Part shown: positions 52,731-64,000 of the stretch, in pieces | How the letters are laid out: every line of letters begins with the position of its first letter | Numbering within the stretch: the first letter of the stretch is position 1 | Source: Balanoglossus misakiensis | Lineage: Eukaryota; Animalia; Hemichordata | Length of the DNA: 64,000 bases | Assembly: GCA_040954595.2 (NCBI GenBank) | Contig: CM082577.2 | Span: 1,364,001-1,428,000, forward strand | Direction of reading: 5' to 3' | Made by a program: the position numbers and the translations under genes | Notes under the pieces: generated by a model | Seen by the model: only the letters and a program-made list of their open reading frames with translations | Databases searched by the model: none | Told to the model about the DNA's origin: nothing

Positions 52731-55700
52731 TGAGGCCAGTTGGCTCAATCCCAGGCCAAGACCCACCTTTGCTTTTACGTTAAATGTACACACCCCACCA
52801 GGCACTCAATACCCAATGATTGATTGCTATTTGATTTCCATGCGACCAATGTACATGCTTTCTATGTCCGATCAAAGAAGAGATACCCGATACAAAATGT
52901 GTATATAAAATGTTTCCAGAGTATTAAAACATTACAAAAACTATGATAACATCGAAAATTTACATCTGAGCTTTCCCAAGTTTTGAAACCAACTTTTTTA
53001 CTTGTGCAAAATAATGTTTAAACTTGAAGCTAACAACATTCAACACATTCTACTTGACGTCAAGTCTAGTATCAGATTGAAATGTTCGGAAACACTCAGA
53101 CTTTTAAAAATAATGACTTATGTAAAATCGTACTTTCTCCCGGCGGTCAGATCTATTTGAAGTCATTTTTGTTTTATTTAGTTGACCTTATTTTAAAAGG
53201 GTAGCCTAGTAAACGCTGACAAGAATTTACCTCCCTCCAGGGACCTTTCACGAATACAGTTTTCAACAAATTAATAAGGTCAATACAATAAAGAACATCT
53301 TCTCAAAGACTGCACTCACCTTGAAATTAAATAGAAGGTATGCAGCAATTTATGTATCGTCCAGGGGGAGGGTGACGACCAAACTTATTGGCTCACTTTT
53401 CCTTTTCACAAAAGGGGTGACCCTAACGCTATTAAAGCGCATTGCAGAGGCCGAGGTGGCCATTCATCGAAGACTACTTGTATGTTTATCGTTCGCTGTG
53501 AATTGCCGAGACTTTGTGAATGTTAACTTTACGCTCATGTCTACAAATAATTAATCCAGCCAAGAAAAAACAACTTGTCTTTTCACTCACCTGGCGCCGA
53601 CTGTATCAGCGATCTTTAGAGTTCTATCCTGAGGTACACAAACGCACGTTCAGACGGAAGTACTGACCATCTCTATTGGGGAGATATCTATTGTAAGCTG
53701 TTTTCGGAAAACACTTTCGACTGAATAATTCCACTAAAGCATAAGACATATTTAGATTGTTTTCACTTTATTGAAATTGTCGTAAAAATTATAACCTATA
53801 ATAAAAAAACTCGCGATGCACGATTGACGGAACCAGCTTAGATTTCACAAAATGCTCCAGCTTTTAGTTCTTATACAAGTTTATATTTTTAAATAGGCCT
53901 GCAAACCGTAGCCATGACAACGACAACCCTCAAACAGTGGACAATAGTTTTTGTTTGGTGGTCAATTCGAGGCGAGGTGTTTTATTTAAAGTAACGGGTG
54001 TATTTCTTTCGAAGTGACGGATGGGTCTTTGAATCAGAGGTTTCGACCCTGTCACACTGTGCCCCCAACTAGCCGATACAAGAGACAGTATGTTTTTGTC
54101 CTCATATCCTGTGCCGCTATCATTCTGTACGAGACGCATGCCTCGGGTTTCCTGTCGCCGTCGCGCCCACGTTGCATGGGCGATGCGAGACTGCAGACAT
54201 ATTTGAATTTTAGGCGTTTCTCCCTCTGTGAACACACACGGTCAAATAAAGGTTGAGTGCACCCAGAGAGCAAACAAATAGGCCGGTAAAATGTAGTCTG
54301 ATCCGAGTTTACTTTTTTAGTCAGGCGATTGCATTCAATTGAATCCTCTTTCAGAGCTTTAGACTCTGTTGCAGTTCATTGTTAACGTGAACCGACTGGT
54401 CTGATATGAGCGCGATATTGGGATGCAATAACAAAGCGACCCGACCCAAATTCCTACACCTAAACGAATTTATCTTCTGGCTCTAGACAGTGGCTCTCTG
54501 AAGAAAAGCATATGGTCCCGCGACGGCTTTGTAAGGTACCGCGGGTGAGGCGTTTTCTACATTTGCTGCCTGTGACCCTTCACGAAATGGGGATGTAATC
54601 CCAAACACAAACCATGGTCATAAAGTTACAATGGCGTGGACGGTGTAGTAAGTGGTACGGTGTTGACTGGGAGCCAACACCATGGCTTTGTCAAGTGACG
54701 TTTACTGAGATACTTGTACACACTTTGACGACCAAAGACCCATTCTGTAGGAGCTGTTTGAGCGAAAGCTTCGAGAATAAAAAGTGTCCTTGGAAAGCTC
54801 CACGACATGTCTTACAAAAGACGCATATTTGCATTGATCTGGTTTTATTTTCATGGAATTTGGAATTTCTATTTTGTTTAGTATTTTGGGGGTGGCTAGC
54901 TTTTCTGTCAATATGTGTTACAAAACACACTGCCAGCGCAATCCATGTTTTTCGCCATTTTCCCCCAGATTTGAGTTTATAACTCTGGTTTGTCTATATT
55001 CGCTGTAAGTCCATAATTATATGCAGTAACCACCTGTTGCGAACTCTGGCCCATTTTTCGCCATGTGCTTTCTAGACCAAGGCGTGTAATTATGTCACCA
55101 TTCGGGAAAAGTACATTTTTCATCCAAACCTTTCCGTTCAGGGTCTTCGGGTAAAAAATAGGAGATGTCTGGTCGTGGAAACCACATTTTTTGTTTGGTC
55201 TGCTTAGCAGAAGACCGGCTGCATGTATGAGGAGTAGAAGCATAGTCTCACTGCAGCAGTGTGGTGTGACCGTGAAAACAGGTTGCTTCAGGGTGTGTAC
55301 TCTCTAGCACTGACTTTGAGAGGTGTACCTCACTCGCTCCGCGAAGTGGTTGAACTCTCAACAAAGAAAACATTGTAGGGACGTTTCTGCATTGTTGTCC
55401 AAGCTGCATTAAAGTTGCCGATACGGAATGACAACACATAAAAATGTTTTACGGTCGTTGGTTTTGCTATGGAGGTTCACAACAAGCTGACACCGAAAGG
55501 AATGTTATCTGCTACAACATCAGATTCAGAAAAGCTTTTTGTTTCCCATTAATAAACAGTTGGCCACTGTAATGTGAAAGTGGTTGATGAAGTAAATGGT
55601 GGCAATACATATTAGTTTTAAGCATTGCATTTTCATGTAATTTCTCAGAGCTTTTAACAGTTATGACATTTATCGCACCGTACACGACTGTCAACCCTTA

Positions 55701-56117
55701 ATTTTTCGGGTTCCCATCGACACTGACCCCGATGTGCCTGTGACTGTTGGCCTGTAGTGAATATTAAAACTACCCGTAGATTGTTTTAACTTTGCATAGT
55801 GTAGGACAAACCGCTGCTAACCCATGTCTATTCTACCAAACCCACATTATATTTTATTTGGTACTCAAACTCCAGTAAAGGGGCGATAAATGGCCGGTTG
55901 TGACACTGTCATACCATGCAGTCGATGACCTCCCTGTAGTGCCAGTTCCCTTTTTGCCTGAATGTTTTTTTTGAAGGCCTGTGGACATTATTTTGCCGAA
56001 GATCGTAAATGAACCAAATCGGGTAATTTTCTTGACCTTAAATGACGTCAATGCGTTCAATGACAGATACCTATCATAAATTATGATAACCGGCTAGTAA
56101 CTTCTCTCTGTAGGTTG

Positions 56118-56232
<115 letters not shown>

Positions 56233-57813
56233 ATACACCAAGGATTTGCTAAAAACTCAATGGCTGTAAATATTAATCAAGATTTACGCGTATCTGCAGT
56301 GTTACTTATTTTTATCGATGAGTTTAAGAGAAAAGACTTGCACATGGGATGACGCCCCGCCCCTGTATCCCAGCGCAAGATATACTGACTTTGGGTGTTT
56401 TGTTGAAAGCAAAACAAAACAAAGACGAATTTCACTTAAGACGAAGAAAAGAGCGGCCTCTTGCAAATCCCCTGACCACGTTACCACCTGTAGGTCATCC
56501 TTTGCAAGCTTTGTTCTTAATTGGTATTCCGTCCTCGGCAAACACGTCGTCTTGTTGTAAATTGACTTCATTTGCTTTCAAATGTGTGGTCTGATAGTGC
56601 GGCAGTTGAATGGAAGGCGACGACGCCGGCATGCACCAATGCAAGGCCAATCGTCACAGTCCACATCGGGGCTTACACCCTGCAGCGCACGCTCCGGGGT
56701 TTATGATGGAGGCTGTTGGGCATGCATAGGGTATAACAACATTTTCCACTGATTTTCCAATAGTGAAAGTTATCTCTACTTCGAGAGGGATCCATAACTG
56801 AAGTTCTTAGATGTAATCAAAGTCTTAGTACAATATTTCGGCTCGAGTTCATGAACCCGTACTATCTCTATTAAACTCTTGCAATTTCGTTATTTTTCGC
56901 GCCATCGCTCAAGTAGAACGACATACCAGGTTTTCGGACCCGAAAGCCATTCAGATAATCGTCTCGCTGCACATAAAGTACAATATATTGTGTAGGATAG
57001 TCATTTCTATTTTCCAATCTGTGCGTCTCTTTGTGGTGATGAGTTAGACGCAGATACTTCAAGGAACTGGGTTAGGGTAGAAACCGCTAATCAAACGCCC
57101 GAGAGGTAGCCTTGTACTTGTCACTTCTCCGCGCTATTGATATACACTCGATTATGTACAATGTGTACCCCACCCCACGTGACCACGCTGCAGTTATTCA
57201 CAATATGTCAGGAGTTAGACTCAGTTCCAATGTGAAAGTTTTATTTCAGTTAAAAGAAGAATACACAACAAAGCTGGAACATGGACAATATATAGTAATA
57301 CAAGGCAACTTATCGCTATTCAAGCTCGAAAATTTAGAAAATTTGAGGTGACACAACTTCCTGACGAATTATGTAGTGACGTCAGATAATCATCTAGAGG
57401 AGATACTTCAAATGAAATAGAAGCGTTCAAATGTCAGAAATGTGCCATATCTATCGAGACCAAATTCACAGAAAGTCGTGATTTCCGACCTCTCGTTGAT
57501 CAGACAACAGTCGTTAATCTAACATCAATAATCATAGAAAGAAACAAGATTTAATTTAAGTTTTTATATTTTAAAAAGTAGTAATATATACACCCTTCGT
57601 GACATTTAAAAAACTTAAAACGTACTTGAAAATAATCTTGTGATGACAAGAAACCTTTGCGGCAACTTCCTTCATATTAATTCGAAAAGATTACATTTTG
57701 TTAATTCCTAATAACGCCCTCTGTCGTTGGTGTTCAAAGATCCGGCTCTTCAAAGGCAGGAGAACCAGTTTTCTTTTTCTTTTACTTTCAGGCGTTTACT
57801 GTGAAGACTTGGC

Positions 57814-60800
57814 TTACACTCTGTAAAAGACAATACCAATTTTAGTTTTGATATATAAGCGCAGCTCTTGATAACTATGAATACTGAAGTTGTGCGTGAA
57901 AGCGTGATACTTTTCAGGAAGAGGCCGATGTAGCGGTCTCAATACTGATTCTAGGGTTCTGACGACGTATGCCACTAAACAACTAAATGTACGGTCGCAA
58001 CTTACCCGGTGAATGTACCGATAAAGCCGCTGAGTTGTGGTCGTTGAGTGAACCATTCCACGACAACACTGTTAGAAGACGCTGTGAAGGTACTCGGCAT
58101 GACGTCGATGCAGTATTCGGTCGTCGTCGGCCCGTCGTGGATGTAGAGCGTAGCTTTGCAGTCACAAGGGCTGTCGATATGGTTTACCACGTGATTGAAG
58201 GTGACCTTCACCTGGCTGCCTGGTGCCGTCTCCAGGGTTACAGGGCACCGGCGCATGGTCGACTCGAAATTGAAATACCGCGGAGAAGAGAACCTCGGAA
58301 CTTCGAATAGTGTCTCTCGGAAGGTGTCTCCGCAATCTATGGAATTAAAAAAGCGGTGCTTCACATATAAAAGTGTGCTTTGCTTCTTAGGATGGTCTAC
58401 TGGTTGTGTTTGAAATGCTATTTATTTATTTATGAGCCAATTCATGCATGTGCAATGCCAGAATTTGAATGTGCGACTGTCAATCCTGATTGAATATTTT
58501 GATTAAATATTTACACAGCCAAGAGCCAAATATTTAAATAATCACAAAAGTTATCGGTTAGAATGATAATAAATTTAGTGCATTTCTTATGTCGTTTTTT
58601 TCCATAATGCGTTTGGTCGGATCAAATCTATGCATAAGCTAGAAATCAATCAGTCTAGATATGTAGTGAGTGCGAGACTTACCAGCGAAATTCTGAATTT
58701 GGAAAAATAGAGTTCCTGCTGTTGACGATAGGGAAACTGGTTGGAAATCTTGGCTTCGCAAGCGACATGTAGACGTGCCAATGTTGTAGTCAAAATGATG
58801 ACACAGAAAATCAACTGAATGTGTGCAATTTCTGGCACATTGATCCAGCGTAAGGCCGCTGAATTCGGCGGCTGGCACGTCGTCAAATTTCTTGTCATAA
58901 ACTGGATCAAAGAACTTGACGCTGGGGCCTACGTGAGAAAACAGATGAGTAAAAAGTTACCTTGATTTTTGTCATAAACTAAAATATTACGCTGCTGGTA
59001 TCTTGCAATTACTTTGCTGTAAGTTTGTATCGAGCAATAAATCCTTTTCATAGCATTATTATTTTATTGTTAAATTCTTGAACAATCAATAGCATTTTAT
59101 TTGGAAACAAAATTTGCAGTAGGGTTAGGACTTTGGGAAAAAAAACATATTTAACCACAGGTCCCATCCCAGTGAGTGTTATGTAATGCAAAGAGACGTG
59201 CTGTACACCTTACCACAGAATGCTTCGTCTGATCCGTCAAGACAGTCATTGTAATTATCACATCGCCAGGTGTAGGGCAGGCAAATACCGGTGTTGCACG
59301 GAAACTCGTCATCAAGAAGGCAATCAAAAGAACCTTAAAAGAAAACATCACACACACAGAAAAGCGTGTGGTGATTTGTCAATATGTAGATATGATAGAA
59401 TTGTTACTGACAGATGTTGTGCTGCATGTGCTGTCTCGCATTTGTGAATTCACTTTTCAACAGGTGTACAGTATGTGCATGAAAAGAGTAATTTACAATA
59501 GACATTTAGACGTGAGGTGGTCCTTCACGCGGGCTTTTCATAAATGAGAATTGGACCAATAGCACTTTGGCTTTGGGTTTCACTTGCAAGGCGTCGTTTC
59601 CCCAGTACACGTGTCTTCAAAATTTGATCTGGCAGATTTGAATTGTAGTCCAACACATCCAAATGGCCAGCTGACAGCCGTTATGGATCATATCACAACG
59701 CAAATTGAACATGCATAATTTAGTACGCTGTTCTTGTGGCAAGTTCACTTATTATAGCTTGAATAATGAAAGCCATAGCACACGTGAACAAGTGAGAAAT
59801 AAACCAATCAAAGACAACTTTGCAAAAATACTGAACCAATCATAGGCAACAATGCGAAACTGTTGATGGTCGGCCACATAGGCTGCTGGGGGTCCATTCA
59901 CTCACGTGATTGTGGCTCGAGACCAGCCACCGCATTCTCGACAAAATTGCTGTACAATGATGAGGCTTTGACGAAGACGGTCGGGAAGTTAGCCTGTGCA
60001 CATCCGGCGCCAAAAGTGACTAAGGCAGCAACAGCCCAGGTGCCGTCACTTTGCTTGCAACTTAACGGTGCTCCTCCGTCACCCTGTTGGTGAAATGGAA
60101 ATTTGGTCAAGGGATGAAAGTATCATGCATCATGTTTTTTTCTTTAAGATAACTTCATAGATGGTTATTCTTGTGGCCTTTATTTCACCAGAGAAAGAAT
60201 ACAAATTCGCATATCATACTCACAATGCATGGACCGATTCCTCCCGCCAAATATCCAGCACAGACTTGGGATTCCGCGAGCACGGGCGGATCACTCGATA
60301 TCGGGGTGTAAAAGGTGTTGCATTCATCCCGTGTAAACAGCGGTAATGGTGCTTCCTGCATGTCTGTTGATCTACCACCTGCATCCGGGGTATGAAGAGA
60401 AACAGGCATGTGAAAATGGCATAAAAACGAAAATGTCGTTTCAGAAATGTCGATCGAAGTGTCCACGCGTTCTGGTGCGTATTTGATACATACAGGGCGT
60501 TAAAACACTGATAATCTATATTCATCCGAGTCAGGATATTTTTTGCACGCGTGTGTTCCTTTGGTTCGATCTGCACCTAAATGTTATGTGAAGGAAACGA
60601 TTATATTAGCATTATGTTAAAATCCCAACCAAATTCCTTCACCTGAGAGATTGATGTCACCAAATCCAACAATGTGACAGTCGGTGAAGGCAGTGTAATT
60701 GGCGTTAGAATCCAGTACGCAGACGGGTCTGACATCATCAGCGAAAGTGACGTCGCTGGTTAGTTTTACCAAAATGGCGTCGTGGTCACGGGTGTTACCG

Positions 60801-61592
60801 TTGAAATTCGGGTGGAGATAAAACGATTGTGCTTGCACCTCTTGCCTGGAGTTTCCAACGTGGAATGTGTACCGACTTGGTTCGTGCACATAGTCACTAA
60901 AGACGAAAGTCAAAAACACGCATACGTTCACAACTGACTAAAATGTGTCCATATCGACACGCTGTGTCGTGTGAGGAAAAAGACTGCGTGGTCCCTGTAT
61001 TGCCTGTGAATTTCATTGCTTATCTGCATATAAAGAAACACACACAAGCGATCTATGATCATGTGCAAATTGCAGGCATGGTAAATTCATTTCCTATAAT
61101 TGGTCCAAGCCAAGGTCCAAAACAGCTTCTAAATAGCGGTTTACGAAAAACAACACTCTGCCAATAATACCGAAAGCTAACGATTTATTGGCTTGAGTAC
61201 CCTGGGCGTAATACTTACATGCAGTGCGCTTTAGTCAGTATATACCGGTTTGATACGAGAACGCCTCCACAAGTAATGCCTCCATCTAAATTCAAATCTA
61301 CAACCCATGGCCACTTGACGTATGTTGTTGACGAACCGCCGATGATCCGCTTCGTCTCGGGGTGTCCTGGTCTAGTTCCGCATTGAATTTGACCTGTTGT
61401 GTGTGGACGGAAAATGCACGGTTTAAACTGGCTAATCGAGGCTTCGGGAGATTCCACAGTCCGTACGCATGCAATCGTTAAACTCTAAGTATCTGATGTC
61501 TGACACTTAATTAAAAACTCACCTGTAGATCTGCAAATGCTGATGAACAGAAACAGCAAATAGATCCAAATGACATTCAGGGATTCCGTCAT
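57814..61592 (-). CDS. Secreted mosaic serine-protease homolog (predicted inactive): signal peptide, trypsin-like domain, LDLa, PAN/apple, CUB; about 511 aa
   Basis: Exons (minus): SP 61523-61592 ([23 protein letters not shown]); 61219-61393 (CGTRP..KR|IIGG..WPW..CGGVL..LTKAHC); 60643-60896 ([14 protein letters not shown]); 60224-60378 ([14 protein letters not shown]); 59906-60083 ([15 protein letters not shown]); LDLa 59214-59333 ([28 protein letters not shown]); PAN 58683-58928 ([16 protein letters not shown]); CUB 58006-58336; last coding bases 57814-57820 (V, TAA). Phases are consistent throughout. Confidence 0.88.
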
Positions 61593-62697
61593 TTTCTGTT
61601 CGTGAGTTTCCTTAGAGTATCATAGCAAGGCACCCTGAATGAAATGTTCTGACTACCACAGGATTTGTTCCTTTACGACTGTATAAATGTATGCTGCACC
61701 TGAACTGTGGTTGGTGAATGGTTGACAACTAACACGTGGACACCAATAAAAAGCACTGGCTGAACATTTTCTATTATTGAATTAAAATAAAATGCCTTCA
61801 TAATTAACGACAATTCAGGCGTATGACAAATAGCGTCACGACTAAACGCGAAGACGTATAGCTTATATTATCGCATTAATACAACTTCGACTGTTCATCA
61901 AAACGCACGTCGCAGAAATAATTCCATTCCCATTTATAACCCACATTTTGACGTGTTAATTGCCAATTCCGATACATGCTGGTAGTATTTCATTCTTGAC
62001 GGGGTTTACGATGTCATTCAAAAGAGCGGTGTACAGGGCTCCTTACGCGCTCTTAATTTGACAATCAATTTCAAGTAAATCGAATTCTGATTTCTAAGAG
62101 ATTCAGTATTTAATGACGTCGGTGTGATCCCTGTACAGAATTCGCCGCGTAAGGCGTAGGAAATGCGGGCAAGAGATCGATCTTGGTTTATATTGAACAT
62201 TAGTGGAGGTGTATGGATACCTTATATGATCGTTTTATGTACATCACTCACGCCATTGTCTACCTCTAATATAATCACGACACTCAGACTGCTGTCAAAG
62301 TTTCGCGTCGATGTGTCTGGAAAGAATAAGCGAAAATAGGGATGATATAATTTTCGCCCGTCACGAGGCTCTAAATTGCACGTGTTGTGTACATATACCC
62401 TTCGATCCACTTTCTATTAATTGCAAGATTACTCGACAAAATCTTACATTTAGACCATTTTATTAATTCTGAAAACCCGTCCCTAAAGTGCCATTACATT
62501 ATATATGACATTTATGCGACACAAATCTATAGATGGAAAATATGAGGTAAAATAATTTTCTGCCATATCAAATGGGAAATTTATGTTTTCCATGCTTTAT
62601 ACGCAACCCCAGAACAGAAACCAAAGGCATAATTGGTGTCAAATAAAAAACACAAATCACACAATTATATTATTGTCTAACATTTCGCAGGATTTAC

Positions 62698-63967
62698 AGT
62701 TAGTGCTGATAGACTGAAACTCGTAGACACAACGGAATCCCGATTCTTGTACAGAGAAATCTGACTCAAACTTCATGAAGAGGGCGTTCCCCGTCGAGTT
62801 AACCACGCCCGGACTATTTCGACCGCAAAAGCCGCCAATGAGAGGCGACCCCTCAGACGGTCCGTCATACAGACTCAAAACGTCCCAATTGTTTGTGCAA
62901 ACGTCGTCGTCGATCTCCAGGAAGAAGTCGGTGAAATTCAAAAGGACGCGTTGGTCTTCCATCGCGTTGAATTCCCACGTGTAGATACGGTCTGGCGGGT
63001 AGTCGTTCGGCCAGTTCGGTGACGTAATAACGCCAGGTCCATCAGTAATTATGAAATTTGATTTGTACGCTGGAATGTGATAAAAGGATACAATTAACGC
63101 CTGTGTCTCTGATACAATGGTGGAGAAAATAGTAATCGTCATCATCACCGTATAATTAACATATTACCGGTAATACATTATTATACATTCATACATTTGT
63201 GACGATGAAGTAGTCTTGTAATTGTAAAACATCTGGAAGCATTTGGCTCATATCACAGGATCGGAACTGTAGACATTAGAAAGCCTTCTGTAACCATAAG
63301 GCCTACTAAACCAAAACCGCGCATATACACTGTTCACAGGAGCTAAAGACATTAGCGTGAGAACAGTTTGATTGGTCATCATGCCTGAGTTCATTTTGTA
63401 GAAACCGTTTTCAATTATAGTTGATTTTGTACCACGAGATAATTATCACTTGCAGAACATGCCTCAACGATATCTCAAGCCGTCCACGTGACACCTCAAA
63501 CACCTCAGCCGTCCAGGTGACACCAGAAACACCTCGGTCAAGGATTTTAGTTTTGACGCACGCCCACTCAAAAAATAACAAGCCCCCTGTATTCAGTGTT
63601 TACTTACACACAAAATAACTGGCCAAAAATCCGATGTTGAGGTCAACAGGGCCACTTGCTTCGCCGTATTCAAGGAACAACTGGTTGCCCGAAGACTCGA
63701 AACTCTGTGGAAGGGAGTTGAAGCAGAATGCATCAACGACAGATACTGTGTCGTCAAGACCGTTGCGGATGATGACCCGCTCGTTGCTGCTGTCGCAACC
63801 CACAACGCCCGCATCGTCAGACGAAAGTGTATATTGGAAGTTGATCTTGATGATGGCATCGATGGCATTTTGAGAAAAGAACAGTTGGCACCATCCGTCG
63901 GACGCGGCCTGGATCCATCGAGGGGAGGCAATAACTCCGCGTTCAGCGTCCAATACGGAGCCACATT
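62698..63967 (-). CDS. 3' part of a multi-CUB domain protein (5' end beyond the window)
   Basis: Two phase 1-1 CUB exons: 63608-63967 (CGSVLDAERGVIASPRW...GFLASYFV) and 62698-63069 (GVITSPNWPNDYPP..LNFTDFFLE..C..WDVLSLYDG..IGGFCG..LFMKFESDFSVQESGF). The 3' end is ambiguous: read-through to the stop at 62657 with AATAAA at ~62459, or further splicing. Confidence 0.8.
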
Positions 63968-64000
63968 CTGCAATATAATGTGCGAAAAAAACTATAGTCT

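Noticed and set aside
53590-53660. Candidate non-coding first exon of fibropellin C (strong gtgagt donor at 53590)
   Set aside because: Plausible, but it cannot be supported without transcript data.
54500-55450. Cluster of 60-120 aa ORFs in the intergenic region, possibly a transposon remnant
   Set aside because: I could not recognise any transposase, RT or integrase motif, or any terminal repeats.

Overview
Intron-rich, AT-rich animal genomic DNA, most likely an ambulacrarian deuterostome (hemichordate or echinoderm; this is an inference from the fibropellin genes). Most ORFs in the supplied track are exon fragments or shadow ORFs, so gene models were rebuilt by hand from GT-AG sites and reading phase. 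Contents: (1) a cytohesin ARF-GEF gene on + (14..8559) with a hidden 3-nt GAG microexon at 6227..6229 that predicts the di-/tri-glycine PH-domain switch. (2) Three intact tandem fibropellin-type genes on - (signal peptide, EGF, CUB, 22/22/15 EGF repeats, avidin-like domain). Their avidin pockets differ, and two of the three end in ER-retrieval-like tails (KVEL, QDEL). (3) A secreted mosaic serine-protease homolog on - with catalytic Ser replaced by Gly, followed by LDLa, PAN and CUB domains. (4) The 3' part of a multi-CUB gene running off the right edge. There are also several MITEs and microsatellites. No rRNA, tRNA or CRISPR features were seen.
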